Source of the DNA: an uncultured Ruficoccus sp.
Lineage (GTDB): Bacteria > Verrucomicrobiota > Verrucomicrobiia > Opitutales > Cerasicoccaceae
NCBI GenBank assembly: GCA_965140785.1
Contig: OZ223518.1
Coordinates: 1 to 64,000, forward strand
Direction of reading: 5' to 3'
Length of the DNA: 64,000 bases
The notes under the pieces were generated by a model. That model was given only the letters and a program-made list of their open reading frames with translations, did not search any database and was not told the origin of the DNA. A program made the position numbers and the translations under genes. Below are positions 1-9,905 of the stretch, one piece after another. The first letter of the stretch is position 1. Every line of letters starts with the position of its first letter.

Positions 1-79
1 CGACCGGGATCTTCTCGGCGATGAAACTGGCGAGCGAGGCGAGGAGAATGATCAGGACGACTATGATTTCCCAACTCAT
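1..79 (-). CDS. N-terminus of a membrane transporter (SLC13/TrkA-C permease-like), truncated by window edge
   Basis: Reverse strand from ATG at 79 reads MSWEIIVVLIILLASLASFIAEKIPV, a hydrophobic start typical of this family. Confidence 0.5.
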   Translation of the reverse strand, partial: MSWEIIVVLIILLASLASFIAEKIPV

Positions 80-264
80 GACAGCAGACGAAAGGGAGAA
101 GATGCGCCCATCCTGAAAAATGCCAAGGTTTCTTTTTTTTCAGAATGCCGCCCTGGGTATTCGCTTCATGTCGATGGGACATCTCTATCGCCGGACGGGC
201 ACCGCAATTGTGAGCGCAAAAGGTTGAGTCCCGGCGGCGAATACTCCATCGTGAACATACTCTG

Positions 265-1071
265 ATGAAAATACTCCCTCTCTTACTGTTGGGCTTGGTG
301 GCGACTTGCGCCCGGGCCGAAACGATTACCTCCACGGTCGCCGCCGTCGATGACGATGCGCTCACCCTGACCCTGGACGATGGCCGCGAGGTCAAAGTCT
401 CCCGGGGCGACGCCCGCATCGGCTATGTCGGTAAGCGCATTCAGGGGAAACTGGAGGCGGGCGATCCGCTGCCGAGTTTGACCGATATCTGGCCGATCAG
501 TCCGGTGGAGGACCTGCGCGAGATGATCGCGATCAACGGGACACTGCTTGCCGACACGCGGGCGCGGGGCCGGAAGGCTTTCCGCCAGTTGGGCGAGTCC
601 GTGCCGCCGTTCGCGCTGTGGAATCAGGACGGTGAATTGGTCACGAACGAATCTTACAAAGGCCACCCGCTGGTGCTGACGTTCATTTTCACCCGCTGCA
701 AAATGGCCACCATGTGCCCGGCCACCACGGCCAAGATGATCGCTCTGCAGCGCCAGGCCGCCGAGGCCGGGCTGGATGAGGCCCGCTTTGCGCTGATCAC
801 CTTCGACCCCGAGTACGACACGCCCGGTATATTAAACGAGTACGGCACGCAGCGCGGGGCCGACTTTGCCACGCTAAACTTTCTCACCGCTCCGAAGAAC
901 GTTACCGACGCGCTCATGAAGCAGTTCGGCATCCTCACGATCCACGAGGACGGTACCATCAACCACACCGCCGCCACCCTTCTGATCGACCCCGACGGCA
1001 CGATCACCTACCGCAGCGAGGGTCCCGGCTGGACCGCCGAGGAGTTTCTGGAAAAGCTGAAGAGCGAATAG
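265..1071 (+). CDS. SCO1/SenC family copper-binding thioredoxin-fold protein with signal peptide and extra N-terminal domain
   Basis: FIFTRCKMATMCP, ITFDPEYDTP and INHT motifs; N-terminal signal peptide. Confidence 0.85.
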   Translation: MKILPLLLLGLVATCARAETITSTVAAVDDDALTLTLDDGREVKVSRGDARIGYVGKRIQGKLEAGDPLPSLTDIWPISPVEDLREMIAINGTLLADTRARGRKAFRQLGESVPPFALWNQDGELVTNESYKGHPLVLTFIFTRCKMATMCPATTAKMIALQRQAAEAGLDEARFALITFDPEYDTPGILNEYGTQRGADFATLNFLTAPKNVTDALMKQFGILTIHEDGTINHTAATLLIDPDGTITYRSEGPGWTAEEFLEKLKSE

Positions 1072-1160
1072 CACGGGCTCGGACCATCGTGAACCGGCGG
1101 CTGCCTGCCGTCAGCGTGCGCCTGTCCGTTTGCCGCTCGCCTGCCGTCTCCGGGCTGCGG

Positions 1161-1190
1161 CAACTTTCAAACCCTCAAACGCTCAAACTC
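1161..1190 (+). repeat. Short 8-bp tandem repeat tract (AAACYYTC-like)
   Basis: caactttc aaaccctc aaacgctc aaactc; similar tract on the minus strand at 63135-63173. Confidence 0.55.
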
Positions 1191-1251
1191 CCTTGCGAAG
1201 CGCGCAAGCCCGCTTGACGTTCGCGGGGCAAAGGCTCATATCTGCCCGCTT

Positions 1252-1569
1252 ATGTCAGAGTTCTCGAATGTCACGGTGGTCCGCGAGGCCAATGTTTATT
1301 TTGGCGGCCAGGTCGTCAGCCGCACGGTGCGCTTCGCCGACGGCACGCGCAAGACGCTGGGCTACATGCAGGCCGGTGAGTACACCTTCGACACCGGCGT
1401 GGCCGAGGTCATGGAAGTCCTCGGCGGCGAAATGACCGTCCTGCTCCCCGGCCAGAGCGAGTGGCAGACGTTTGCCAAGGGCCAGTCCTACGATGTCCCG
1501 GCCAACGCCAGCTTCTCCCTGAAAATCACCGGCGACGGCGCCGACTACTGCTGCTCGTACGCGGAGTAA
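1252..1569 (+). CDS. ppnP: Pyrimidine/purine nucleoside phosphorylase (YaiE/PpnP, cupin fold)
   Basis: ANVYFGGQVVSR, KTLG..GEYTF.T...E.M and C-terminal YCCSY; ~105 aa. Confidence 0.9.
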   Translation: MSEFSNVTVVREANVYFGGQVVSRTVRFADGTRKTLGYMQAGEYTFDTGVAEVMEVLGGEMTVLLPGQSEWQTFAKGQSYDVPANASFSLKITGDGADYCCSYAE

Positions 1570-1584
1570 GGCGTTAGGGGGGCG

Positions 1585-2595
1585 TCAGTCGTCACGCATA
1601 AAATCTTCCAAAGGGAGCAGTTTCAGTTCGCCGGTCTGGAAGCGCTCAAAATATTGGGGCTCATCCTTGCGCATCTGGTCGCGTTCTTCGCGGCTCATCA
1701 TGTGCTGCCCGATAAGGCCCGCGTTGCTGTTCACGATGACCGTGGTCCCGTCGGGCAGGCGGTAGTCAAAATTTCCGGCATAGAGGTCGCCTGCCGGCAT
1801 ACCCGGAAACTTATTAGCCCGGGCGCCCTCCTTTGTTCGGATGAGGATGAGCGCGCAGCTGTAATCAGAATCGACACCGTCAGCCCGCTGTAGCACGGCG
1901 GCCAGCGTCGCCTCCCCCGCAGGAAAGTCATACCGACCGGGCAGGTTGACCGCACCGAACACACCGATCCGGTCTGTGCACGGGGCCTGGAGTGGAAGTG
2001 GAGGCTCAAGCGGAAGCGTATTCAAGGGGGCGAGCCCAAGTTCGCCTGCCGTCCGGCGTTCGAAAAAGATTTTTTCGGCGGTCTTTAGCTGCTTGTATTC
2101 GTCCTCGTCGAACTTGCTCCAAGCCCGGCCTTCCATCCTGAGGGAAACGCCGTCAGCCAACGGATAATCCGTGTCACCGGCATAGAAATCCTTCAGGGAG
2201 AGGCGGTAGAAATCCCGTTTCTTATCCGGATCGGGGGGAGCCGCGATAATGATCTGGTAGTTCGCGCATTTGGAATAGCGATTTATTTTTTCAAGCGCGG
2301 TGGCCAGCGTCGCCTCCTGGGGCGAGAGGGCAAGCCGCCCGTGTGAGAGGTTGAATTTGCCATAAAACCGTATCGTTGCGGTATTTTCCTCTGTCGCGTC
2401 GGGCGAGGTATACTTGGTCTCAATGCGTGCCAGCATTTCCTCCAGAGCGTTCTTGCCGGTCTCCTTGCCTGTGGCCTGTTGGGGGCTCTCTGATTCGTTG
2501 ACTTTGTCCTTGGTGCTAGCCTGAGCGTGAGTGACTCCGGTTGCGGCGAAGCTCAGTAAGACACACGCGACGGCGAGACAGACAGGGAGCTTCAT
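1585..2595 (-). CDS. Secreted hypothetical protein with two SLBB/beta-grasp-like repeats
   Basis: Signal peptide MKLPVCLAVAC...AQA; repeats IRFYGKFNLSHGRLAL..EATLATALEKI and IGVFGAVNLPGRYDF..EATLAAVLQRADGV. Confidence 0.6.
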   Translation of the reverse strand: MKLPVCLAVACVLLSFAATGVTHAQASTKDKVNESESPQQATGKETGKNALEEMLARIETKYTSPDATEENTATIRFYGKFNLSHGRLALSPQEATLATALEKINRYSKCANYQIIIAAPPDPDKKRDFYRLSLKDFYAGDTDYPLADGVSLRMEGRAWSKFDEDEYKQLKTAEKIFFERRTAGELGLAPLNTLPLEPPLPLQAPCTDRIGVFGAVNLPGRYDFPAGEATLAAVLQRADGVDSDYSCALILIRTKEGARANKFPGMPAGDLYAGNFDYRLPDGTTVIVNSNAGLIGQHMMSREERDQMRKDEPQYFERFQTGELKLLPLEDFMRDD

Positions 2596-2617
2596 CTTTC
2601 CGCTTTTACGCGTCCGC

Positions 2618-4321
2618 TTAGAACAGGTCAAGGTCTGTCACTGCGCCCTTGCTGGCGGGGCTGACGAGCTTGGCGTACTTGGCCAGGACGCCGCGCTTTT
2701 CCTTCGGGGGGAGCGGGGTGTAGGCGGCGAGGCGCTTTTCCAATTCGGCGTCCGGGATGTCGAGGGTGATCCGGTTCGTCTCGGCGTCGATAGTGATAGA
2801 GTCGCCCGGTTGGACCACGCCGATGGCACCGCCGGTAGCGGCCTCCGGGGTGATATGGCCGACGACGAAGCCGTGGCTGCCCCCGGAGAAGCGCCCGTCC
2901 GTGATGAGGGCGACTTCCTTGCCCAGGCCCTTGCCCATGACGGCGGAGGTGGGGGCGAGCATTTCGCGCATGCCGGGGCCGCCGACGGGGCCTTCGTTGC
3001 GCACGACGATGACGTGCCCGGCCTTGACTTCGCCGGAGAGGATGCCGCGCAGGCTGTCCTCTTCGCTCTCGTAAATAATCGCTGTCCCGGTGAACTTCAG
3101 CCCCTCCTTGCCGGAGATCTTGGCCACGGAGCCGTCGCGGGCGAGATTGCCGTAAAGGATGCGCAGGTGGCTGTCGGGCTTGATCGGGTTGTTAAAGGGG
3201 CGGACGACGTCCTGCTCGGAGGAGTAGGGCTCGACCCCGGCGAGGTTCTCGGCCACGGTCTGGCCGGTGACGGTGAGGCAGTCGCCGTGGAGCAGCCCCT
3301 CGTCGAGCAGGATGCGCATGAGTGGGGGCAGCCCGCCGATGCGGACGAGGTGGACCATGTTGTACTTGCCGCTGGGCTTGAGGTCGCCCAGGACGGGCAC
3401 GCGCTTGCCGATCTCGGAGAAATCGTCGAGGCTGAGTTCGACGCCCATGGCGTGGGCGATGGCCAACAGGTGCAGGACGGCGTTGGTCGAGCCGCCCAGG
3501 GCGATGACGACGGTGATGGCGTTTTCGAAGGCCTTACGGGTCATGATGTCGGCGGGGCGCAGGCCCAGCTTGCACAGGTTGACGACCGCCTCGGCGGCGC
3601 GGCGGCAATCCTGTTTTTTGGCCTTGGAAATAGCGAGCTGCTGGGAGCTGTTGGGCAGGCTCATACCCATGGCCTCAATGGCGCTGGCCATGGTGTTGGC
3701 CGTGTACATGCCGCCGCAGGAGCCGGGGCCGGGGATGGCGCACTCCTCGACCTTTTTCAACTCGTCGGCGGAAATCTTCCCCCCCGCGTAGGCGCCGACC
3801 GCCTCGAAGACCGAGACGACATCGAGGGGCTTTTCCTCCTTTTTATCCTCGGGCAAAAAGCCGGGCATGATGGTGCCGCCATAGACGAAGACCGCCGGGC
3901 GGTTCAGGCGGGCCATGGCGATGAGGCAACCGGGCATGTTCTTGTCGCAGCCGCCGATGGCGACCAGCCCGTCGAAGCCCTGACCGGCGACCACCGTCTC
4001 AATGGAGTCGGCGATGACCTCGCGCGAAACGAGGCTGTAGCGCATGCCGAGCGTGCCCATGCTGATGCCGTCGGCGATGGTGATGGTGCCGAAGGGGATG
4101 GCCTTGCCGCCGGCCTCGTCCGCCCCCGCGCAGGCCTCCTCGGCCAGCGTGTTGATGTGCATGTTGCAGGGGGTGAGTTTGCTCCAGGTCGAGGCGACCC
4201 CGATCTGCGGCTTCTGGAAATCCTCGTCGGAAAAGTCCACCGCCCGCAGCATGGAGCGGTTCGGAGCCCGGTCGGTCCCGTCAACGACTTTGGAGGAGTA
4301 CTCGCGGCTAATGTCTGGCAT
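2618..4321 (-). CDS. ilvD: Dihydroxy-acid dehydratase
   Basis: [54 protein letters not shown]; start taken at MPDISREY. Confidence 0.97.
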   Translation of the reverse strand: MPDISREYSSKVVDGTDRAPNRSMLRAVDFSDEDFQKPQIGVASTWSKLTPCNMHINTLAEEACAGADEAGGKAIPFGTITIADGISMGTLGMRYSLVSREVIADSIETVVAGQGFDGLVAIGGCDKNMPGCLIAMARLNRPAVFVYGGTIMPGFLPEDKKEEKPLDVVSVFEAVGAYAGGKISADELKKVEECAIPGPGSCGGMYTANTMASAIEAMGMSLPNSSQQLAISKAKKQDCRRAAEAVVNLCKLGLRPADIMTRKAFENAITVVIALGGSTNAVLHLLAIAHAMGVELSLDDFSEIGKRVPVLGDLKPSGKYNMVHLVRIGGLPPLMRILLDEGLLHGDCLTVTGQTVAENLAGVEPYSSEQDVVRPFNNPIKPDSHLRILYGNLARDGSVAKISGKEGLKFTGTAIIYESEEDSLRGILSGEVKAGHVIVVRNEGPVGGPGMREMLAPTSAVMGKGLGKEVALITDGRFSGGSHGFVVGHITPEAATGGAIGVVQPGDSITIDAETNRITLDIPDAELEKRLAAYTPLPPKEKRGVLAKYAKLVSPASKGAVTDLDLF

Positions 4322-4390
4322 AAGTTTTAAATGTAACCCGAAACCTTTTAAAGAAAAGGGCAAAGGGCGGGGTTTATTGGAGAAGAAAAC

Positions 4391-4525
4391 GGACACGAAG
4401 AAGACACGAAGGGCACGAAAGGAAAGGTGGAAGGAAAACTCTCATCTACCCGGTCAACGAAGCACACCTTCTATTTCTTAAAAATCTTCGTGCCCTTCGT
4501 GTCTTCTTCGTGTCCTTCGTGACCC
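4391..4525. repeat. Perfect 29-bp inverted repeat built from CACGAAG-type units
   Basis: GGACACGAAGAAGACACGAAGGGCACGAA (4391-4419) is the exact reverse complement of 4487-4515; 4486-4525 matches 24290-24329 at 37/40. Confidence 0.9.
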
Positions 4526-4549
4526 CAAAAATAAAAAAAGCCTCACCCC

Positions 4550-5362
4550 TCACGCCATCAACACCGGCTCCTTGCCGCCGATGAAGTCCTGCACGGCCCG
4601 GGTAAAGGCCGCCGGAGCCTCCCAGGGGACGCGGTGGCCCGCGCCGGGGACGACCCGGTGGGTGATGGCCTCGCCGAGGCCAGCCAACTCGTCGCCGAAG
4701 GCGCGGAACTTTGCGTCGTGCTCGCCTGTGAGGACCAGCAGCGGCGGGGCGGAGGCAGCCTGCCGGTGCTGGTAAAGCGCGGCCAGGGTCGGGCGCAGGT
4801 CGTTCTGGCCGCCCAGCGAAAAAGTCTCGAAAGTCCGCGCCACCTGTTCCCGGTCAAAGTCGCTCTCGCGGGGCGGGCGGGGGTTTTTCACCGGCTTGTC
4901 CTTCCGCTGGAAGACCGCCTGGGCGTTCCACTCGGTCAGCAGCTTTTTCCAGGGCTCGGTCCGGAAGCGTTCGGCCCAGCGCCGGTCCTGGTCGAGGCGG
5001 GCGGTTTTGTCGGCTTCGTCGGTGAGGCCGGGGTGGGCCGCGACCACGATGACCCCGCGCCAGAGCTCGGGGCGGTGCAGGAGCGCGTGCAGGGTCAGGC
5101 GCCCGCCCAGCGAATACCCCAGCAGCCAGGGGCGAACGGCGCAGCCGTTGTGGGCGGCGGCGCTGTCGCGTCGTTCTTGCTCAACCCGTTGGCAGAAAGC
5201 TTCCGCCCATCCGGCGAACGTCCTCGCCCGCGCCGCCCACAGGTCCTCCCGCATCCAGGTGACAGGCTCACCCTGCCCATCCCGCAACGCCGTGCTGAAT
5301 TTCTCCCAGACGGCGGGCGTCTGGAGGTTTCCGTGGATAGCGTAGAGGAGGGGAGCGGACAT
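4550..5362 (-). CDS. menH: Alpha/beta hydrolase, MenH (SHCHC synthase)-like
   Basis: GYSLGGR nucleophile elbow, GEHDAKF, GAGH; DxxWAERF..WNAQAVF segment typical of MenH. Confidence 0.7.
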   Translation of the reverse strand: MSAPLLYAIHGNLQTPAVWEKFSTALRDGQGEPVTWMREDLWAARARTFAGWAEAFCQRVEQERRDSAAAHNGCAVRPWLLGYSLGGRLTLHALLHRPELWRGVIVVAAHPGLTDEADKTARLDQDRRWAERFRTEPWKKLLTEWNAQAVFQRKDKPVKNPRPPRESDFDREQVARTFETFSLGGQNDLRPTLAALYQHRQAASAPPLLVLTGEHDAKFRAFGDELAGLGEAITHRVVPGAGHRVPWEAPAAFTRAVQDFIGGKEPVLMA

Positions 5363-5523
5363 GGGCGGCGGGCGGATCGGTGTTGAAGATAGGCCTTTCA
5401 CAAAGCCGTGCAGAGCACAAAGCAATTCCACACGGCGTCCCTCGTCTCGGCCTGTTCGAAGTTCGTTCCGGTGGCCATCAAGCAGGGGCTGCCGGAAGTT
5501 TTTTAATGGATGAATATTGTGGT

Positions 5524-5840
5524 GTTAGCCTAGTTCATTGAAGATGTATTTTGAGCCACAAAAGCCACAAAACTCACAAAAAATCAGGATAAGACTCGAA
5601 TCTAGAAAGGGCAGTTCCGGTTTTGTGCTTTTTGTGCCTTTTTGTGGCCATTAGTATTTTATTGGAAACTAGGCCACGTGGACAAAATACTCATGTCGCC
5701 GCCTTTGGCGCTTTTAGGCCCCAAATCCATGTCCTCAGCTCGACAATTCGGCAAATTGCCTCGCTTCGAAACCTGAATTTCGGACCAAAAATCGCCTTCG
5801 GTTGCTCGTTCCGTATTTTGTCCACGCGGCCTAGGCTAAC
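5524..5840. mobile_element. MITE-like element family C copy 1 (terminal GTTAGCCTAGTTC...CTAGGCTAAC), interrupted by a family A insertion
   Basis: Flanks match 45803-45946; right terminus split at CTAG by 5673-5830. Confidence 0.75.
5673..5830 (-). mobile_element. Structured rod-like repeat family A copy 1, flanked by CTAG direct repeat
   Basis: 18-bp terminal IR GCCACGTGGACAAAATAC/GTATTTTGTCCACGCGGC; CTAG at 5669-5672 and 5831-5834; internal motifs shared with 9906-10066 and 44995-45155. Confidence 0.8.
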
Positions 5841-5844
5841 GGGA

Positions 5845-5866
5845 TATTTATGTGAACAAATTTTCA
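5845..5866 (+). promoter_or_regulatory. Candidate LexA (SOS) box upstream of the Y-family polymerase
   Basis: TATTT-ATGT-GAACA resembles the Verrucomicrobia TGTTC-N4-GAACA motif (2 mismatches); overlapping GAAC-AAAT-TTTC. Confidence 0.45.
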
Positions 5867-5958
5867 CTAAATTGACTTGCGCGCAAGCGGCAAATCGGCG
5901 AGGATGGGAAAGTCTTGAGCGGGCCGAATTCCGCTCCCGCGAACCCGTCCGATAACCC

Positions 5959-7209
5959 ATGCCGCTGCGTTACATCTTTGTCGATCTGGACAGCTACTTC
6001 GCCTCGTGCGAGCAGCACCTGCAGCCGCGCTTGCGCGGGCGGCCTGTCGGCGTGGTGCCGGGCCTGAACGAGGGCACCTGCTGCATCGCCGCCAGCTACG
6101 CGGCCAAGGCCTGCGGGGTCAAAACCGGTACCGGCGTGCGCGAGGCGCGCTTCCTGTGCCCGGAGATCGAGCTGGTGGAGTCGCACCCGCGCCAATACGT
6201 GGAGATTCACCATGAAATCAAGGACGCGGTCGAGCGGCACCTGCATATTATTGACGTCAAATCCATCGACGAGATGTACGGCGAGCTGCCCTCGCACCAC
6301 CGCAACGAGTCCGACGCGCGCCGGATTGTCGAGGCCATCCGCACCGACATCGCCGAAAACGTCGGCCCCTCCCTGACCTGTTCCTTCGGCGTCGGGCCGA
6401 ACATCCTGCTGAGCAAGGTCGGCAGCGGCATGAACAAGCCCAGCGGGACCACCCTGATCCACGACCACAGCTGGCCGGGCTGCTTCGTCGGGCTGAAGCT
6501 GCGCGACTGGTACGGCATCGGCAAAAACATGGAGCGTCGCTTGGCCGCCCACGGCATCCGTACCATTGAGCAGCTTTACGGAGCCGATTGCCGCCTGCTG
6601 CGCCAGATCTGGGGCGGGATCGAGGGTGAACGGCTCTTCGCTGAGCTGCGCGGGGCAGAGGTCGAGCGCCCGCCCATTCGGCACCGCCACCTCAGCCATT
6701 CGCACGTGCTGCCCCCGCGCAAGCGCACCCGCTCGGGGGCGTTCGCCGTGCTCAACCGCCTGACCCAGAAGGTCGCGACCCGCTTGCGGCACGAAGGGTT
6801 TTTCGCCGGGTCGATGGAGATCGGCGTGCGCTACGCCTTTCGTTCGAAGTGGACGGCCGAGACGCATTTTTTCGAGACGCAGGAGACGGCGGTCTTTTTA
6901 AAAATGCTGCGCAAGCTCTGGGCGGACATGCCGCACGGTCAGGATGCTTCGACCGGGCTCAGCATAGGCGATCCCACGCAGGTCTGGGTCGTGCTGGGCA
7001 AGCTCGTTCCCACCGAGCAGGACTGCCCGCCGCTTTTCGCCGACTGGCGCGACGAACGCCGCGCCGCCCTCGACCGTACGATGGACACGCTCAACCGCCG
7101 CTACGGCACCCGCTGCCTCTACTACGCCGGGGCCCACGAAGGCCGTGACGAGGCCCCCATGCGCATCTCCTTCACCCACGTGCCCGACCTGGAGGTGGAG
7201 CGGGATTAA
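5959..7209 (+). CDS. Y-family DNA polymerase (DinB/Pol IV-like)
   Basis: FVDLDSYFASCE, IAASYAAK..GVKTG, SIDE catalytic motif, SFGVGPN..L.K...MNKP.G. Confidence 0.92.
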   Translation: MPLRYIFVDLDSYFASCEQHLQPRLRGRPVGVVPGLNEGTCCIAASYAAKACGVKTGTGVREARFLCPEIELVESHPRQYVEIHHEIKDAVERHLHIIDVKSIDEMYGELPSHHRNESDARRIVEAIRTDIAENVGPSLTCSFGVGPNILLSKVGSGMNKPSGTTLIHDHSWPGCFVGLKLRDWYGIGKNMERRLAAHGIRTIEQLYGADCRLLRQIWGGIEGERLFAELRGAEVERPPIRHRHLSHSHVLPPRKRTRSGAFAVLNRLTQKVATRLRHEGFFAGSMEIGVRYAFRSKWTAETHFFETQETAVFLKMLRKLWADMPHGQDASTGLSIGDPTQVWVVLGKLVPTEQDCPPLFADWRDERRAALDRTMDTLNRRYGTRCLYYAGAHEGRDEAPMRISFTHVPDLEVERD

Positions 7210-7299
7210 GGAGGAACCCGGTACGATTCGGGCAGGGTGGGATTTTGGACTGGTAATAGCGCCGCTCCGGTCCATGAGTAGGGGCGACCGCCTTTTGCC

Positions 7300-7623
7300 A
7301 TGGACAAAGAAAAAGTTCCTTTTCCCTTCCAGGCCGCCCGTTACAGCTTCTGGGCGCCGATCGGCTCATTTTTCCTCAATTTCGGGGCTAACGCCGCTTC
7401 GGCCGAGAGCCAGACCGCTTCGCTGGTTATCGGCCTGCTGTGCATCCTGCTGGTCGTGTCCGGGTTTATTCTGGCGATTTACGCCTTGATCGTTTCGGGC
7501 CAGCCCCGCCGAAAGGGGCACCTCGGCTACGCTATTGCCGGGCTGATCCTGAACGGGCTGCTCCTCCTCGCGATGGTTTTCGCGATCATGGCGATCGCGC
7601 AGGCCATGGCTGAGCAAGCCTGA
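7300..7623 (+). CDS. Small hypothetical membrane protein
   Basis: Two to three hydrophobic segments; G.AIAGLILNG motif. Confidence 0.65.
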   Translation: MDKEKVPFPFQAARYSFWAPIGSFFLNFGANAASAESQTASLVIGLLCILLVVSGFILAIYALIVSGQPRRKGHLGYAIAGLILNGLLLLAMVFAIMAIAQAMAEQA

Positions 7624-7624
7624 G

Positions 7625-8917
7625 CTAGGGCCTGTTAACGCGGACGTAAACCCGGTCGTTGGTGCGGACTTTTTCGGGGATGGGGAAGGTGATCTCGTCG
7701 CCGGGGCGGGCGGTGTCGATCGTTTGCTCTTCGATTCGCATGGGCGGGCAGGGCAGCGTCACGACGCCAGTGGTCGGCCCCTGTACCATGAGTTCTTCGC
7801 CGACTTTGATCCCGCGATTTTCCACGCGCACATGGGCGATGCCGGACTTCGGGTAGTAGTTGAGGACGCGCCCGAGGTGGAACTTGCGGTGGGAGGCTGC
7901 GCTGCCGCCGGCTTCGCTCCACGCGTTGAGCGGCTGGCCGTGGTAGAACCCCTCCGAAAATCCCCGGTGGTAAACGCTTGCGAGCCGCGGCATCTCCTCG
8001 GCTTTGAGCGTGTCCAGGCCGTCCTGCCACGCGGGCGAGGGCTCGGCGGGGCGAGTCATGCAGGTGTCGAGCACACGGCGGTAGGCGGACGTGACCACGG
8101 ACACATACTCGGGGTTGCGGTTGCGGCCCTCGACCTTGAAACTGTGAACGCCCGCCTCAACCAGCTGTTCGATAAAGGGCAGCGTGCAGAGGTCTTTGGG
8201 ACTCATCACGTAATCGTGTCCGAGATCGAAGGCCAGGTCGCCGTCTCTGGAGGAAACGGCGTACTCCCGCCGGCAGGGTTGGAGGCACTCGCCCCGGTTG
8301 GCGGACTTGCCGTACTGGTGGTAAGACATGAAGCACCGCCCGCTGAGCGCGACACACATCGCGCCATGGGCGAAAGTCTCCAGCTCCACGTGGGCGAGCC
8401 CGCTCTGGTCGAGCCGGGTGCGTATCTGGCGGATGTGCTCCAGGGTGCATTCGCGGGCAAGGACGGCGCGGTTCACGCCGAAACTCTCATGGTAAAAGCG
8501 CAGCGCGTCCGTGTTGGCGACCGAGGCCTGCGTGGAGAGCATGACCGGCAGCCCGCAACGGCGTGCCGCCAGCAGCACCGCCGGGTCCCACGCGATCACG
8601 GCGTCGATCCCCGCCTCGGCGGCGCGGGGAAGTAGCCGGTCCAGCACAGCGCGTTCATCCTCGTAAACGATGGTGTTGACCGTCAGGTAGGCCTTGGCAC
8701 CGGCCTCATGCGCCTGTCGGGCAATGTCTGGAAGATCGTTGTCCGTAAACGCCGACTGGGAGCGCATGTTAAACGCCTCGGAGCCGAAATAAACGGCGTC
8801 CGCCCCGGCCTTGAGCGCCGCGGTCAGGCAGGTGAAGTTGCCCGCCGGGGCCAGCAGCTCCAGCGTCGAGCGCCGGAGACTGGGAGGGGTTTCGCATGAG
8901 CCGTCCATCGGGGGCAT
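7625..8917 (-). CDS. Peptidase U32 family protein (tRNA/rRNA hydroxylation Fe-S type)
   Basis: ELLAPAGN, GADAVYFG, ETFAHGAMC..SGRC, NRGECLQPCRR, MSPKDLC, FKVEGR; exact start uncertain. Confidence 0.9.
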   Translation of the reverse strand: MPPMDGSCETPPSLRRSTLELLAPAGNFTCLTAALKAGADAVYFGSEAFNMRSQSAFTDNDLPDIARQAHEAGAKAYLTVNTIVYEDERAVLDRLLPRAAEAGIDAVIAWDPAVLLAARRCGLPVMLSTQASVANTDALRFYHESFGVNRAVLARECTLEHIRQIRTRLDQSGLAHVELETFAHGAMCVALSGRCFMSYHQYGKSANRGECLQPCRREYAVSSRDGDLAFDLGHDYVMSPKDLCTLPFIEQLVEAGVHSFKVEGRNRNPEYVSVVTSAYRRVLDTCMTRPAEPSPAWQDGLDTLKAEEMPRLASVYHRGFSEGFYHGQPLNAWSEAGGSAASHRKFHLGRVLNYYPKSGIAHVRVENRGIKVGEELMVQGPTTGVVTLPCPPMRIEEQTIDTARPGDEITFPIPEKVRTNDRVYVRVNRP

Positions 8918-9064
8918 TTAAGGCGGGGTGTTGCCGCCAGGCAAGCTGGGATGTACGCGCTGGATTTGCCGTGCTATTGGCGGAGTCCCGAACAAGCGCT
9001 TGCCACCCGGCAAAGAAGCGTTGCCATCGGGCGGCGGAGATATTCAATGGGCTGCTTTGACGCG

Positions 9065-9859
9065 ATGGAATTCAACCTGAAAAAGATACTCAAGGCGCTC
9101 CTGCTGTCCAATTCCGAGCCGTTGTCCATCCGGGACATCCAGGCCGTCATCACCCGTTACCACGAGCAGGCCGAAGCTGAGCCGCCCGAGCCCGAGGCGG
9201 AGGAGCCCGCCGGCAACGGCGACGAGCAGGGCGTGATCGAGCCCATCATGGAGCAGGTCCCCTCGCTCCTGACCGCGACCCAGATCCGCGACGCCATGGA
9301 CGCCATCGCGCACGAGTTGGAAGAGCAGCGCGAGGTTTACCGGCTGCTCCAGGGGCCCGCCGGGTACCGCATCGCCACCGCCCCTGACTACGCCGAGTGG
9401 GTGCGCCTGCTGCGCAACGAGGCCAAACCGATGAAGCTTTCCCAGCCCGCGCTGGAGACCCTGTCCATCATCGCCTACCGCCAGCCCGTCACCCGGGCCG
9501 AGATGGAGGCCATCCGCGGCGTTTCGGTGGACAGCGCCGTGAGCAAGCTGCTGGAGCTGGAGCTGGCCCTCGTCACCGGGCGGGCCGACCTGCCGGGCCG
9601 CCCCATCCAGTACGGCACCACGGACAAGTTCCTGGAGTTCATCGGCGTGCGTTCGATCGAGGAGTTGCCCGCCTCCGATGTGCTTTCGCCCAGCCAGATC
9701 ACCGAGTGGTTCCGTCGCTCCACTCAGGAGGACGAGGAACTGACTGACAAGGACGTCGGCCTGCCCGAAGAGCCGCAGGAAGAAGCCACGCCGGAGGTCG
9801 GGGACGAAGAGGCCGACGAGGAGGAAGAGGAAATCCGCACCGCTCCCGCCGAGGACTGA
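9065..9859 (+). CDS. scpB: SMC-Scp complex subunit ScpB
   Basis: LSQPALETLSIIAYRQPVTRAEMEAIRGV and PGRPIQYGTT.KFLE; acidic tail. Confidence 0.95.
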   Translation: MEFNLKKILKALLLSNSEPLSIRDIQAVITRYHEQAEAEPPEPEAEEPAGNGDEQGVIEPIMEQVPSLLTATQIRDAMDAIAHELEEQREVYRLLQGPAGYRIATAPDYAEWVRLLRNEAKPMKLSQPALETLSIIAYRQPVTRAEMEAIRGVSVDSAVSKLLELELALVTGRADLPGRPIQYGTTDKFLEFIGVRSIEELPASDVLSPSQITEWFRRSTQEDEELTDKDVGLPEEPQEEATPEVGDEEADEEEEEIRTAPAED

Positions 9860-9905
9860 GCTTCTGGCCGGTTCGATCAGGCACTTGTATGATTTTGCCA
9901 ACACA

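Noticed and set aside
2531..4330. Long antisense ORFs (599 aa here; also 35994-37664, 61659-63221, 21717-23114 and others)
   Set aside because: Shadow frames of well-supported genes, expected from high GC3; no recognisable motifs.
5623..5960. Small ORFs over the repeats (5623-5955, 5691-5960; also 9885-10178 and the 45016 extension)
   Set aside because: They are translations of non-coding structured repeats with atypical codon usage.
5959..7209. imuA-imuB-dnaE2 mutasome cassette
   Set aside because: No imuA or dnaE2 neighbours, and catalytic residues are intact.
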